Source: a virus (taxonomy: Duplodnaviria; Caudoviricetes). From it: a stretch of DNA of 46,794 nucleotides. Made by a program: the position numbers and the translations under genes. Shown one piece after another: positions 1 through 9,940 of the stretch. The stretch covers positions 1 to 46,794 of the IMG/VR virus record IMGVR_UViG_3300032290_001318; one strand, given 5' to 3'. How positions within the stretch are numbered: position 1 is the stretch's first letter; every line of letters begins with the position of its first letter. The notes under the pieces are model-generated. The model saw only the letters and a program-made list of their open reading frames with translations, did no database searches and was not told the DNA's origin.

Positions 1-365
1 CGTTGAGCACCGACGGGTCCTCAATTACCGGCGAGGTTTACTTCGCGACGGCGGCTAACAACCATTCCAAGACCGCCCGTATAAAGTTTGGTGGCTCCAC
101 TGTCAGCTCCCGTTCTACCAGCGTCAACAACGGGTGGTTGAGGGTATTGTTTACGATTATGCGCACGGGGTCGTCAGCACAGCTTTCTTTCGCTGAGACG
201 ATGGACAGCTCAGGTGTGCATGGTGCGAACGGAATGACTGTGATGTCTATCACGGACACGGCTGCCATTCCCATCATTATTGAGGGGGAGACAGGCGCAG
301 GTATCGGTGACATCACTGTCAAAACCGTCATCCTCAAGTACAATCGCGGTGAGGCTGCCCTGTGA
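1..365 (+). CDS. virion/tail-associated protein, C-terminal part (5' truncated by window)
   Basis: Beta-rich T/S/G sequence; stop overlaps next start (GTGA); first gene of a co-directional structural cluster. Confidence 0.6.
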   Translation, partial: LSTDGSSITGEVYFATAANNHSKTARIKFGGSTVSSRSTSVNNGWLRVLFTIMRTGSSAQLSFAETMDSSGVHGANGMTVMSITDTAAIPIIIEGETGAGIGDITVKTVILKYNRGEAAL

Positions 366-988
366 GCGGCTTCCCTTTCACAGGCGCAGGTGACCCGACG
401 GCGTTCCCTGACTTCGCTGGCCCCTACGCGGGCTCAGGGGCAGGGGCGCCGCTCACGTTCCCGGATTTTCCGAACGACTACATGCCGGCGCTTGGGGCAG
501 GGGACCCATTCTCTACCTCGGATGTCACCTTCCTGTTCTCGCTCAACTTCGGGGGCTATTGGTCCTTCAACAGCCCCGAGTACAGCCCGCTCAGAACGCC
601 TGACCCTGAGTGGTTTTCTCAGGAGGGCGGTCAGACGATCGAGCTCCTGTCCGCCGGACAGGAGTTGACTAAGGGTCCCTACCGGGTGGACTTCATTGAC
701 GCCGCCGGCCAGGTTCATCCGATCCTGGAGCCCGGCTGCTACAGCGGTGTGCAGGATCAGGGTAGTGACGTCTACCCCGAGCCAAGTAATCTCCGCCTCG
801 TGTGCGGAATCCCTCCCCTTCCCTTGGGCGAGTATCTCATCCGTGTGACCGACCGGCTTTCCATCAGCACGGTGTCACCGGATACTGTGCTGGCAGTTCC
901 CGTGCCTGACAGCATGCAGGTGGACGGTGTCCGCTCTGGCTTGCCCAACACCGTGTTCGTGCATGCCTACCCCGACCGAAGCGACTGA
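362..988 (+). CDS. putative virion structural protein
   Basis: 208 aa ORF, coupled overlap with upstream gene; repeated GAGDP motifs and Ig-like C-terminal half. Confidence 0.6.
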   Translation: MSGFPFTGAGDPTAFPDFAGPYAGSGAGAPLTFPDFPNDYMPALGAGDPFSTSDVTFLFSLNFGGYWSFNSPEYSPLRTPDPEWFSQEGGQTIELLSAGQELTKGPYRVDFIDAAGQVHPILEPGCYSGVQDQGSDVYPEPSNLRLVCGIPPLPLGEYLIRVTDRLSISTVSPDTVLAVPVPDSMQVDGVRSGLPNTVFVHAYPDRSD

Positions 989-1005
989 CCTAAAACGGAG
1001 CTACC

Positions 1006-4005
1006 GTGAGCTACAGCAACGCAACTTTCTATGTCGACGATGGCTCCGTTTCCGGCAATCCAGGTGATGACTCGGCTCGTGCAGCGCTTACAAGCTGCAC
1101 GGCATCGAATCCATCCGGTACCATCACGCGCATCAACAAGACAGGTCACGGTCTGGCCACCGGAGCCGTCGTCGACCTCACCGGCTTCGACGCTTGGCTT
1201 AACGGCGCTTGGAAAATCACCGTCTTCAATGCGGACAACTTTGACCTCGACGGCGCAACGTGGCAGTCTACCGTGGACGCCTCGGGTACCGTCACGCCCA
1301 GGGGTGGAAGCTCATGGGCTGATGCGTGGGAGACCATTTCCGACGGCCCTCTCGCTGCGCGCATTCAGCCGGGCGACACGATCCGCGTCGCCAAGAGCGG
1401 TGACCCCGTTAGCGTCGGTGGCGCCACCTGGACAGGCGGACCTATCGGCGCTGAGGTCTCCATCTCGTCGAGTACCAACGCCACGCCGATCGTGGTCACC
1501 ACATCGACCAATCACGGGCTAAACAACGGCGACTACATCCGTGTTTATGACCACACGACCAACACCACGGCAAATGGGACGTGGAAGGTCGCCAACAAGA
1601 CGCTCAACACCTTCCAGCTGACTGAGCCTGAGACAGGCGCCAACAGTGTTGGCGTAGGCGTCGGGTCTGGTGGTAAGGTCAGGAAGATCAACTCGCAGGT
1701 CGTCTATTTGGATACCGCTCAGACCAAGACGGTCGACAACTGCGAGTCCGTTTGGACTTTGACTGGGGGCTACGTCAACGACTCGTTTACCATCACCGCT
1801 GGTGGTAAGGGTTACACTCCCGGCGATATCCTCACGATCAACTCCGGTCCCGCTGACGCGACCGTCGAGGTTCTGACTGTTGAAACGACCGGTCCTGTCC
1901 TGACTGTGTCTGTCAGCAACGGCGGTACTGGCTACACTCCCGGTGACATCCTGACGATCGCAGGGGGTGACAACAATGCGACCGTCACCGTTCTAACGAT
2001 TGGCGCCGCGCCTTACCCCGTCCTGACCGTGTCTGTCACATCAGGCGGCACGGGATATGCGACCGGTACGTTCATAAGCACTACCGGAGCCGGCAGTGGC
2101 TGCCAACTCAATATCCTCAACGTCGATGACGGTGACGTGCTGACCGTGCAGCTTGATACTCAGTCAGTCTTGGGCGGCTATACTGCCGGCTCTGGTAAGG
2201 CCACGACATACGGGGGAGCGGGTACTGGCTGCACGCTGGGCATCTCCGTGTCGAACTCCGGCACCCTGACACTTGACACGCCGAGCGGCCAGTCACCGCA
2301 AAGCGCGGCTCACGTCACGCACGTTGTCGACAACATTATCGTCGCAGGTGCTGCGGCGGCTCGGTTGGCCTACAAGGCGATTACGTCCACGGACTTCAGC
2401 AGCTACGACTCGATTACCCTCTGGGTTAAATCAAACGGCACGAGTCCGCTGGCTGTTGACGAGTTCCGCGTCTGCCTTTGTTCAGACACAACAGGTCAGA
2501 CGGTCGTCGACACCTTCCTGGTACCTGCTCTACCTGCGCAAGCCAAATGGTACCCGCTTGTCATCCAGAAGTCCGGCGGCGGTTCCCTGGGTGCAGCGAT
2601 TCAGTCGATCGCTCTTTACTCAGACACGGCCACGCAGGCAGGCGCGTACCTGTCTGTTGACAACATCAGCGCCTGCGATGCGGCTGGGCTGAACCTTCAT
2701 ACACTCATCACAAAGAATACTCAGGCCTTTGGGGGTACCGAGTACACCTTCGCGATTGAATCGATCAGCGGTCGTGTGGTCATGCTGGCAGAGCGTGCCG
2801 GCAGCACTCAGTTTGCGCCGTCAGGCTCTAGTGCAAAACGAGGCTACATCGGGACAACTGAGAACGTTACGACCTATCTGCGGAAGCCTGTTGCGCTACC
2901 TGTGGCTTCAGGTTCTGCAAACATAGCGCGCGATAATGGTATTTACGGAAGCACGATAAACTACTCTGGCGGTTGGGACACCGTAAGCAACACGCAGAAC
3001 GGCGTGACGATTTACGATGGTCAAATCGGCAACGGTTCAGGTCTGTACTGTTCACGCGCTTACAACACGTTTACCCGATTTCACGTTACCCGATACAGTT
3101 CTGGTTTTCACTTCGAGGACGCAGGTTCATTCCGAAATACTGTAACAGACATTACAGCGACTCACTGTAATCAATACGGTGTGCTGCTGTCTGAGGGTAA
3201 CAACAACACTGTCACGTCAGCTAGAGTTAACTACTGCAGTACGGGCGCTCACTTTTCTTCGTGTTCGAATAATACTATCACCAGCGTATCAGCGATTAAC
3301 TGTTCTGCAGGTGTAGAGTTTTCAGCGTGTTTGAAAAACACAGTTCAGGCAATCACAGCAAACTACTGCGATACAGGCGCGTCTTTCTACTCGACGGCTA
3401 CCGGTAATGCGCTTGAGTCAGGAACGTTTACGAACTGTGATAAGGGCGTTCAGACGTACGGTGGCGAGAACTACGGTCGCGGCCTGACGTTCTCTTCTTG
3501 TAACGAGAATGTCTACGCCTACCCGGCATCAAGGTCCCGTCGATTCGACTCCAAGAATCACAACGGCACCGGGCAGAACTACTTGTTCGATGTGGGTGTC
3601 GAGGTGGTCAGCGCCCCTACTACTCGTAGTGGCGGCGCTGGACTGATGTGGGGCATCACTCTGACAAGTCTCCTTGGCCCTTACCGCGATGAAGGCTTCC
3701 CTTTCTACCTGCCTATCGCTCAGGTGCCGGTTGAGGCTAACGCTCTTGTGACCGCCTCACTGTGGATGAAGAAGACCGACTCCACGGACATCGCGGCGAG
3801 CTTCATCTGCAAGGGTGGGCAGATCGCTGGCGTGACCACCGACGTCGAGACTGTCAAAGCGTCTAACACCGCGTGGCAGAACGTCATTATCACGTTCACG
3901 CCCACTGAGCGCGGTGTCGTTGAGCTCGGCGCCAAGGTCTGGTTCGTGACCAGCACGCCGGAAACCGTGTACATCGACGACATCACCATCAGCCAGGCGG
4001 TGTGA
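1006..4005 (+). CDS. large tail fibre/adhesin-like protein (HG-type small beta modules, GGxGY repeats, parallel beta-helix, C-terminal CBM-like domain)
   Basis: GGAG SD before GTG; two 'HGL..G..V/I...NG.WK' modules; tandem GGxGYTPGDILTI repeats; N/S/C-rich beta-helix-type repeats (NNTVT, NNTIT); C-terminal 'VYIDDITI'. Confidence 0.75.
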   Translation: MSYSNATFYVDDGSVSGNPGDDSARAALTSCTASNPSGTITRINKTGHGLATGAVVDLTGFDAWLNGAWKITVFNADNFDLDGATWQSTVDASGTVTPRGGSSWADAWETISDGPLAARIQPGDTIRVAKSGDPVSVGGATWTGGPIGAEVSISSSTNATPIVVTTSTNHGLNNGDYIRVYDHTTNTTANGTWKVANKTLNTFQLTEPETGANSVGVGVGSGGKVRKINSQVVYLDTAQTKTVDNCESVWTLTGGYVNDSFTITAGGKGYTPGDILTINSGPADATVEVLTVETTGPVLTVSVSNGGTGYTPGDILTIAGGDNNATVTVLTIGAAPYPVLTVSVTSGGTGYATGTFISTTGAGSGCQLNILNVDDGDVLTVQLDTQSVLGGYTAGSGKATTYGGAGTGCTLGISVSNSGTLTLDTPSGQSPQSAAHVTHVVDNIIVAGAAAARLAYKAITSTDFSSYDSITLWVKSNGTSPLAVDEFRVCLCSDTTGQTVVDTFLVPALPAQAKWYPLVIQKSGGGSLGAAIQSIALYSDTATQAGAYLSVDNISACDAAGLNLHTLITKNTQAFGGTEYTFAIESISGRVVMLAERAGSTQFAPSGSSAKRGYIGTTENVTTYLRKPVALPVASGSANIARDNGIYGSTINYSGGWDTVSNTQNGVTIYDGQIGNGSGLYCSRAYNTFTRFHVTRYSSGFHFEDAGSFRNTVTDITATHCNQYGVLLSEGNNNTVTSARVNYCSTGAHFSSCSNNTITSVSAINCSAGVEFSACLKNTVQAITANYCDTGASFYSTATGNALESGTFTNCDKGVQTYGGENYGRGLTFSSCNENVYAYPASRSRRFDSKNHNGTGQNYLFDVGVEVVSAPTTRSGGAGLMWGITLTSLLGPYRDEGFPFYLPIAQVPVEANALVTASLWMKKTDSTDIAASFICKGGQIAGVTTDVETVKASNTAWQNVIITFTPTERGVVELGAKVWFVTSTPETVYIDDITISQAV

Positions 4006-4006
4006 C

Positions 4007-4768
4007 GTGTCCATTTCGAGCAACAGCGTCGCCCTGAACTACAACTACAGGGGCTCACCGTTTGTCCGGGTACCTGGCAGCAACGGCATCGACACGTCTA
4101 CCCTCTCCTACGATTGGAGAGGGTCGCCGTTTGTCGCGATCACGCCCACGTTCGCGACCATCACGCCGACGCTCGTCGACATCAACCACGTTGACGTAGA
4201 CCTCAGCACTCCCGTGACAGTCGTCTCCTGGGAGTTTCTTCTCGACGGCGAGAACGCGCTCGTCTCGGTCGAGACCATTTCATCGACTGAGTTTCGCCTG
4301 ACAACCGACCTGCTTCGCCCAGGTCGGACATATTACGTCCGTGCTGTATACAGCGTTGGCAGCAGCGGCCTCGTGCCGTTCTCGATCCCGGTGTCGCCAC
4401 CGTGGATCAACTACAACGCCTATCCGCTGCCGTTCCCGATGAAGCTCCTTGAGTCCGTGACTTACATGTTCGGAAAGGAGCTGCAGTACCTCGGTGGTGT
4501 ACCTGTCACCCATATGACCGAGAACTACACTGCCCTCGACACGGTCATCACCGTGAAGAGTACACTCGGTTTCCAGCAGTCCGGCTATTTCTACGCCGCC
4601 GGCCGACGTTTCAGCTACACGTCGAAGACCCAGACCGCATTCCTTGGTGTCAGCGGTGACGACGTCTACAACAACATGCCAAAGGGTACGAAGGTCGTCT
4701 TCGACTCGAAGTCGGTTCTTCCGTCTGAAGAGACCCCTGGCATCATCGTGACAGAAACTTTCGCGTGA
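4007..4768 (+). CDS. putative virion structural protein
   Basis: 253 aa, abuts fibre gene; N-terminal duplicated L.Y..RGSPFV motif. Confidence 0.65.
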   Translation: MSISSNSVALNYNYRGSPFVRVPGSNGIDTSTLSYDWRGSPFVAITPTFATITPTLVDINHVDVDLSTPVTVVSWEFLLDGENALVSVETISSTEFRLTTDLLRPGRTYYVRAVYSVGSSGLVPFSIPVSPPWINYNAYPLPFPMKLLESVTYMFGKELQYLGGVPVTHMTENYTALDTVITVKSTLGFQQSGYFYAAGRRFSYTSKTQTAFLGVSGDDVYNNMPKGTKVVFDSKSVLPSEETPGIIVTETFA

Positions 4769-4776
4769 GGTGAGAC

Positions 4777-5931
4777 GTGCATTTCTCGTGGCCCCAAACC
4801 GAAGAGTGCTGGCGCGACACCCTCGTCCATAAGGCGGAGAAGTCCGCCTTTGACCGCATCGCCTCGATGTATAACTTCACATGGGCGAAGGCGATCCCTG
4901 AGAATAGTTGGCGCAAGGCCCTCAAGCTTGTTGCCATGGGACCTCGCGACCTTTTCCCGACGTTGTTCGGCGCGGTCGAGGGTATTTTCCAGGGATACAA
5001 CGAGGTCTTCCAAGGGATTTCCTACATCCCAAGCGCGGAGTTCCAGCTCTACCGGGATGATGGCTGGGACAGGTCTCACGTCTACAGGTTTGTTCGCATC
5101 GGCACGAAGCTTTATTGGAGCATCGGCCTGTACGGCGTGGACAAATATCTTCGGCTGAGTCCCTACCCCACGACCTATTGGGATGCCGCCGCCTGGGAGC
5201 AGCCGGCATCTCTGACGCCGGTTGGTGAGGATGTCGTCCTCCTGCCGTTCCGAGTTTACGAGCGCACAGCCGGGCCGACTTATCCCGGTTGGAATGGGGC
5301 GACCTACTCCGGGGGTGTGCAATGCACCACCGAGTTTGTCTTCCTGCCCTACGTCACAAACATCCCTGACACCTTCATCGTAAACCCAACGGACTACACC
5401 AATGCTACTCCAGGCTCATGTCCGCTGGCGGATGGTCCGCAAGGTCCCGGTGATGTACCTGTCTGCACCACCGATGACTTTCCAGACGGAGGCTACATGC
5501 TTCCCGTCGACATCGACGATTTCGAGCTTTCATCCTCCAAGATTGTCACAGCGTCGAACTCGTCCGGTGATCTACTCTTCACGACGTCGTCTTCGCACGG
5601 CTACTACAAGTATGCGATTGTACGTGTCACGGCGGACCTAGGTGGTACGGTCCCAACAGGTGTTAACGAGACGACCGACTACTATGTCAAGCCAGTCTCC
5701 AGGGTGACGTTCAAGCTGAGCACCACTGCCGAAGGTTCTCCCTTGACGTACACCGATGCTGGTTCCGGGACTTTCCGCGTGCAGCAGTCTTTGCTTGGAC
5801 TTAATGTCCCGGAGTCCGAGGCCTACCCAACTTATTTGTACGATGGGCAGGTATCCCCGGAAATTGAAGAGCAGTTGAACAAACTTTGCCCAGCCGGTTC
5901 GCACGTTTTGCTGCGGGCCGCAGTCGTTTGA
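4777..5931 (+). CDS. putative baseplate/tail structural protein
   Basis: GAGGTG SD; C-terminal 'LNKLCPAG' resembles baseplate-wedge gpI-type ends; carries a TT..HG beta module shared with 9941-10582. Confidence 0.55.
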   Translation: MHFSWPQTEECWRDTLVHKAEKSAFDRIASMYNFTWAKAIPENSWRKALKLVAMGPRDLFPTLFGAVEGIFQGYNEVFQGISYIPSAEFQLYRDDGWDRSHVYRFVRIGTKLYWSIGLYGVDKYLRLSPYPTTYWDAAAWEQPASLTPVGEDVVLLPFRVYERTAGPTYPGWNGATYSGGVQCTTEFVFLPYVTNIPDTFIVNPTDYTNATPGSCPLADGPQGPGDVPVCTTDDFPDGGYMLPVDIDDFELSSSKIVTASNSSGDLLFTTSSSHGYYKYAIVRVTADLGGTVPTGVNETTDYYVKPVSRVTFKLSTTAEGSPLTYTDAGSGTFRVQQSLLGLNVPESEAYPTYLYDGQVSPEIEEQLNKLCPAGSHVLLRAAVV

Positions 5932-5991
5932 ACTTCAGTGCTTGCGAGGGCTAACGGCCCGCAGGCACCTCTAACCTAGCGAGGTTCCTCC

Positions 5992-6327
5992 ATGGCCGAC
6001 TATACAATTCTTCCGCCAGCATTGAACAACCACAAGGGCGCTCTCACCGGACCGATTAGCCCGGTCAGTGGCGCTGTGGTTCTCAATTTCTCGACCCTCG
6101 GATGGTCGCCTGAGTTGTTTCCTGTTCTCATCATGCAGTGCGACTCTGGAGCAACGGTTGAAGTCCTCGGCCTCGACGAAGCCACCTGGATTGCATATCC
6201 CGGCTCGTTGACGTCTGGTACGTTGAAGATCCTGCGCGGGCGCTGGAAGGCGCTGAAGGTCACTACGTCAGCTTCTGTTTACGTCAAGGGAGACCTCGAC
6301 TGGCAGGCCTGGATTGTCAATCCGTAA
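5992..6327 (+). CDS. hypothetical protein (small beta-sandwich, possibly virion)
   Basis: GAGG SD, ATG, 111 aa. Confidence 0.6.
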   Translation: MADYTILPPALNNHKGALTGPISPVSGAVVLNFSTLGWSPELFPVLIMQCDSGATVEVLGLDEATWIAYPGSLTSGTLKILRGRWKALKVTTSASVYVKGDLDWQAWIVNP

Positions 6328-6353
6328 TGATTCGTATGCGCAGGAGACGGAAT

Positions 6354-6683
6354 ATGTCTAACTCAGATAGTGAAGCTGGTCCGGCGACGCGAGCTGTTGA
6401 GCGCGTCAGCAAGCTTTTGACTTGGGGCAAGCTCGCGTGGCTTGCCGTTGCTTTTGGCTCCGGCGGCATCGGTACTGGTGTCGGATTTCTTCTTGGCGAG
6501 GGAGCTGCGCGCGCTACTTTTGAGACAAAGTGGGCTGAGCACGACCGCCGCATTCAAGCGCTTGAAATCTCGAACGCGGAGAGCGTTAAGGTTCAGCAGG
6601 CGATTCTTGGTAAGCTTGAGAAATTAGAGGGCTCCCTCGACGTTATCAAGCTTCAGCTGATGAATGGCGGTAGGCACCAATGA
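6354..6683 (+). CDS. membrane protein with one TM segment and coiled coil (holin/antiholin-like)
   Basis: AGGAG SD before ATG 6354; hydrophobic LAWLAVAFGSGGIGTGVGFLL followed by heptad-like region; start of lysis region. Confidence 0.55.
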   Translation: MSNSDSEAGPATRAVERVSKLLTWGKLAWLAVAFGSGGIGTGVGFLLGEGAARATFETKWAEHDRRIQALEISNAESVKVQQAILGKLEKLEGSLDVIKLQLMNGGRHQ

Positions 6684-6967
6684 GTACTGAAACCCTCGCT
6701 CTTGCAGTCGTTGTCGTCCTGGCTCTTGCAGCTCAGTCCGTGCGCGTGCTGGTGAAGCTCCCAAAGAGCGAGCGGCTTGGTCGGTTGCTTGTACTTGCTG
6801 TCGCAGGTGGACTCGGTGCGCTTTTACTATCTGAGCTTGTTAGCTGGGATTATTGGGCTTTCGGCCTTGCTCTCGGCCTTGGTGTGGTTGAGCTTGCACC
6901 TATCGTAACTGGGGTTGCTAAGAAGCTCATCCGTCGCAAGGGCGGGGATAAGACTGACCAATGTTGA
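6680..6967 (+). CDS. putative holin (three TM segments)
   Basis: 95 aa, three hydrophobic segments, basic C-terminus KKLIRRK, ATGA overlap, upstream of endolysin. Confidence 0.6.
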   Translation: MSTETLALAVVVVLALAAQSVRVLVKLPKSERLGRLLVLAVAGGLGALLLSELVSWDYWAFGLALGLGVVELAPIVTGVAKKLIRRKGGDKTDQC

Positions 6968-7017
6968 CTTTGAATGCCTGTTGCTAGAGAAGCTGCAACA
7001 GGCATGTAGAGGTCCGT

Positions 7018-7290
7018 TTGGTTACACCCTTTCAGAGGAGTCCGTTCAAGGAAGCCGTCTCAGATTGTGAGACGATTGCCTTCCCTTCGGACCCTCGACG
7101 GGGTTGCAGATGCTTTCGTGTGGACCAGGGTAAGCTTTACGAGTGGTCGGGCGCCGAATGGCGACAGGTCGACCTTCCGAAAGGCAAGCTCTGGTTCAGC
7201 CCGTTCTTGAAGAAGCTTTGTGTCTGGACGGGCGTCCGGTGGCGCGTCCACGGGGAGGTGGAAAATGCCGGTCGTCGAGAAGGTGGTTGA
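7018..7290 (+). CDS. hypothetical protein
   Basis: GAGG SD before TTG; two Trp-rich W.G..W repeats. Confidence 0.5.
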   Translation: MVTPFQRSPFKEAVSDCETIAFPSDPRRGCRCFRVDQGKLYEWSGAEWRQVDLPKGKLWFSPFLKKLCVWTGVRWRVHGEVENAGRREGG

Positions 7291-7930
7291 GGTCAAGAAA
7301 GCCTTCAAGCGCTGGGACGACTCTCCCCTCCCCAAGAAAGACAAGCGCAAGAAGCCGAAGGTGAAGTTCGCCTGCGATGAGTGCGGGAAGATTTTCATCC
7401 TCACTGAGAAGTCGGCTGACGACCGGAAATACTGCTCGACCACCTGCGCTGACGCTGGAAGGGCTGTACCGATGTTCCAGCGCTTCTGCCGTCTCTACGA
7501 GGAAAAGCCTACCGGCTGCTGGGAATGGGGCGGACGCCTAAACATCGGCGGCTACGGCACCATCCGTGACGGCGACAAGATGGTGACCGCTCATCGGACC
7601 AGCTACAGGCTTTTCCATGGTGAGATTCCAACTGGCCTCATGATTTGTCACAAGTGCGATAACCGCCTGTGCGTCAATCCTGAGCACCTGTACGCAGGTA
7701 CCCATGAGGAAAACATGCGTGACCTGTCCATTTCCAACCACTCCTCGTTCTCGAAGACTGAGTGGGATGACCGCTACCAAATGCACGTGCTAGTCATGAA
7801 GGGCGAGAGCGTGAAAAAGGTTGCTGCAGCCTTTGACGTGTCCCCGAAGACAGTTCAGCTATGGCACGAGCGGTTCGTCAAACGCGACCGCGTACCTGAG
7901 AGGTATTTCAATGGCCCAGATGACCGATGA
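7265..7930 (+). CDS. HNH endonuclease with N-terminal Zn finger and C-terminal HTH
   Basis: CDECG...KYCSTTC; GCWEW.G...GYG...AHR.SY...CHKCDNRLCVNPEHL.GTH.EN; GGGGAGG SD before ATG 7265. Confidence 0.9.
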   Translation: MPVVEKVVEVKKAFKRWDDSPLPKKDKRKKPKVKFACDECGKIFILTEKSADDRKYCSTTCADAGRAVPMFQRFCRLYEEKPTGCWEWGGRLNIGGYGTIRDGDKMVTAHRTSYRLFHGEIPTGLMICHKCDNRLCVNPEHLYAGTHEENMRDLSISNHSSFSKTEWDDRYQMHVLVMKGESVKKVAAAFDVSPKTVQLWHERFVKRDRVPERYFNGPDDR

Positions 7931-8084
7931 GTCTGACAAGCATGTTCACGAGCCGCGCGATGATAATCGCTGTGCGAAATGCCGCGCGATGCTAAAGCGT
8001 GTGCAGAAGGGCGCTACGCCCGAGCAAGGTAACGGCTTCAAAGCCGAATCACAGGGTGAAGAGACACTTTCCAAGAGGTGGTGA
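7911..8084 (+). CDS. small hypothetical protein (H/CxxC)
   Basis: Fills gap between HNH and endolysin; GAGG upstream; HVHEP..CAKC. Confidence 0.4.
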   Translation: MAQMTDESDKHVHEPRDDNRCAKCRAMLKRVQKGATPEQGNGFKAESQGEETLSKRW

Positions 8085-8087
8085 GCT

Positions 8088-8789
8088 ATGATGCCGATTG
8101 ATCAGCAGACTGAAGTTATCAAGAAGGCAGGCCAGGAAGCGCTTCGCATCGCTATCTCAGCCTGGAACAAAGGTATCATCGAGCCGACGCGCAAGGCCTT
8201 CACCGACCCCTCGTTCGATGACGATCGTTTCTTCATCAACGACATCATTCACTCAGAGATGCGAGGACTTGGCTGGCCTAGCTGCAGCGCTCTGGTAAAA
8301 GATTACCGCTGGGACGGCGATTTCGAGTGGTGCGGCGCCTTTGCCGCGTATGCTTGGCAAGCGATCGACTTCAGCGCGCGCAAGCACTACTACGCCTCGA
8401 CGTATCGGCTGTTCCGTTACGCCCGTTACCAGAGCCCGCCCAACAAGTTTGCCAGCTACTTGAAGGCTGCTCCTGAAGGTACGGTGGCGCGTAAGTTCGC
8501 TGAGCTGACCGGCACCGACAACAATCGCGTTGACCTCGTCGAGAAGTTCGCTCCTCAGGCGGGCGATATTCTGATCGTCAACGGCAACGATCGGTTCGGC
8601 CAGCATGTCACCGTCGTCGATACGTGGGACCCCGCCACGCGCACCTTTGAGACGGTCGAGGGTAACGCAACCGGACGTGGCCCGAAGGGGCAGCGGTACC
8701 AGGGAGTCATTCGCCAGACTCGTGCCATCGGGGTGTGCAAGCACCTTTACCGCCCCGGATTTGCTGACCTGGTGAGGTGGCCTCTATGA
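8088..8789 (+). CDS. endolysin, CHAP/NlpC-P60-like cysteine amidase/peptidase
   Basis: WCGAFAAY catalytic Cys motif, GDILI, QHVTVV catalytic His, TVEGN; lies between holin and spanin-like genes. Confidence 0.8.
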   Translation: MMPIDQQTEVIKKAGQEALRIAISAWNKGIIEPTRKAFTDPSFDDDRFFINDIIHSEMRGLGWPSCSALVKDYRWDGDFEWCGAFAAYAWQAIDFSARKHYYASTYRLFRYARYQSPPNKFASYLKAAPEGTVARKFAELTGTDNNRVDLVEKFAPQAGDILIVNGNDRFGQHVTVVDTWDPATRTFETVEGNATGRGPKGQRYQGVIRQTRAIGVCKHLYRPGFADLVRWPL

Positions 8790-9169
8790 AGTTCTTCAAG
8801 CTCCCGTCGTGGATTGTTTGGATCCTGGTTAGCTTGGCGGTGCTCCTGCTGTGTACTTTCTGGCAGTGGAGGCACGCCATGAACCTTCTCGACAAGACCG
8901 CCGATGAGCTTGAGCAGGAGCGCGAGCGCCGCAAGGACGCTGAGGCTGCCAAGAAGGCAGCTGACGAGTCAGCAGCGCGTGAGCGCGAACTCGCCGTGAA
9001 GCGTGCTAAGATTGTTGAAGAGACTATGAATGAGTTGAAAAAGATTGAGGAAGAGAGGAAGCTGCAGACCGAGAAAAACAAGGCGACTCAGCAAGCAGCA
9101 CGCGATGAGGTTGCTTCGAAAGGGTCCGCCGCTGACAAGTTCAACGCTTGGAAGAATAAAAGACGATGA
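8786..9169 (+). CDS. Rz/i-spanin-like protein
   Basis: Single N-terminal TM followed by a long charged coiled coil; ATGA overlap with endolysin. Confidence 0.65.
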   Translation: MKFFKLPSWIVWILVSLAVLLLCTFWQWRHAMNLLDKTADELEQERERRKDAEAAKKAADESAARERELAVKRAKIVEETMNELKKIEEERKLQTEKNKATQQAARDEVASKGSAADKFNAWKNKRR

Positions 9170-9390
9170 GTGAAGAATATCCTGCTGCAGCCCCTCCTGA
9201 TGAATTGATTGATTTCAGCTACGAACATCTTCCTGAGCCACTGAAAACAGTGAGCAGGAAGTTTTGCGAGCTTGCTTACGACCTTCACAATCAACTGCCC
9301 GCTTGCCGGCAGAGGTCCATGGCGCTTGAGCATCTTCTCATCGCCAAGGACGCAGCTGTCAGGGCCTCCCGTAGAAAGAGCAGGAAATGA
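9166..9390 (+). CDS. small helical-hairpin protein (Acb2/Tad1-like hairpin candidate)
   Basis: FSYEHLP..L..VS..F.ELA....LP..RQRSMALEHLLIAKDAAVRA pattern; ATGA overlaps on both sides. Confidence 0.6.
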   Translation: MSEEYPAAAPPDELIDFSYEHLPEPLKTVSRKFCELAYDLHNQLPACRQRSMALEHLLIAKDAAVRASRRKSRK

Positions 9391-9839
9391 TGTCAAACGA
9401 TCTTTCCATGGCGGTCATCGCGGGCGTGGTTTGCTTTACAACGGGCTTGTGCGGTCATCGCACCTGCGCTCCTAAAGCAAAGGCCGCCGACCCAGAGCCT
9501 ACGTACAACGCGGTTCACTTGAAGAAAGGTCAGCCTGCTCCCTACGACGGCGACCTCGTCGACCCCGATGACCTCATCGACCTGCTTCTCCAAGCCGAGT
9601 GCATGGATGAATACGTCGAGGTCAGTGCTTGCAAGAAAACTCTGATCGCCAAGGATGAAGAGCACCGCAAGCTTCTCGAAGCTTCTGAGGCGGCTCGTCT
9701 CGCCTGCGAGAATAAGCCGCCGGTGATTGTTCACGTTGAGAAGCCTGTTCCCTTTTATGAGCGCCCCTGGTTTACAATCACGCTTGGCGTGATTGTTGGC
9801 GGCGCCGCTGTCTGGGCAACCACAGCTGCTATGCAATAA
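9387..9839 (+). CDS. membrane/lipoprotein, spanin-like
   Basis: N-terminal hydrophobic segment with Cys residues, LKKGQPAPYDG motif, coiled coil, C-terminal TM (PWFTITLGVIVGG). Confidence 0.55.
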   Translation: MMSNDLSMAVIAGVVCFTTGLCGHRTCAPKAKAADPEPTYNAVHLKKGQPAPYDGDLVDPDDLIDLLLQAECMDEYVEVSACKKTLIAKDEEHRKLLEASEAARLACENKPPVIVHVEKPVPFYERPWFTITLGVIVGGAAVWATTAAMQ

Positions 9840-9940
9840 GATAGCATCAACGCCGTAGGGTGCGTTGAAATGCGCTCACACGGCATCGTTCCAGCGGAAA
9901 TCAAGGGCGTCTCGTACAGCCCGAAACTCAGGAGGCTCCA

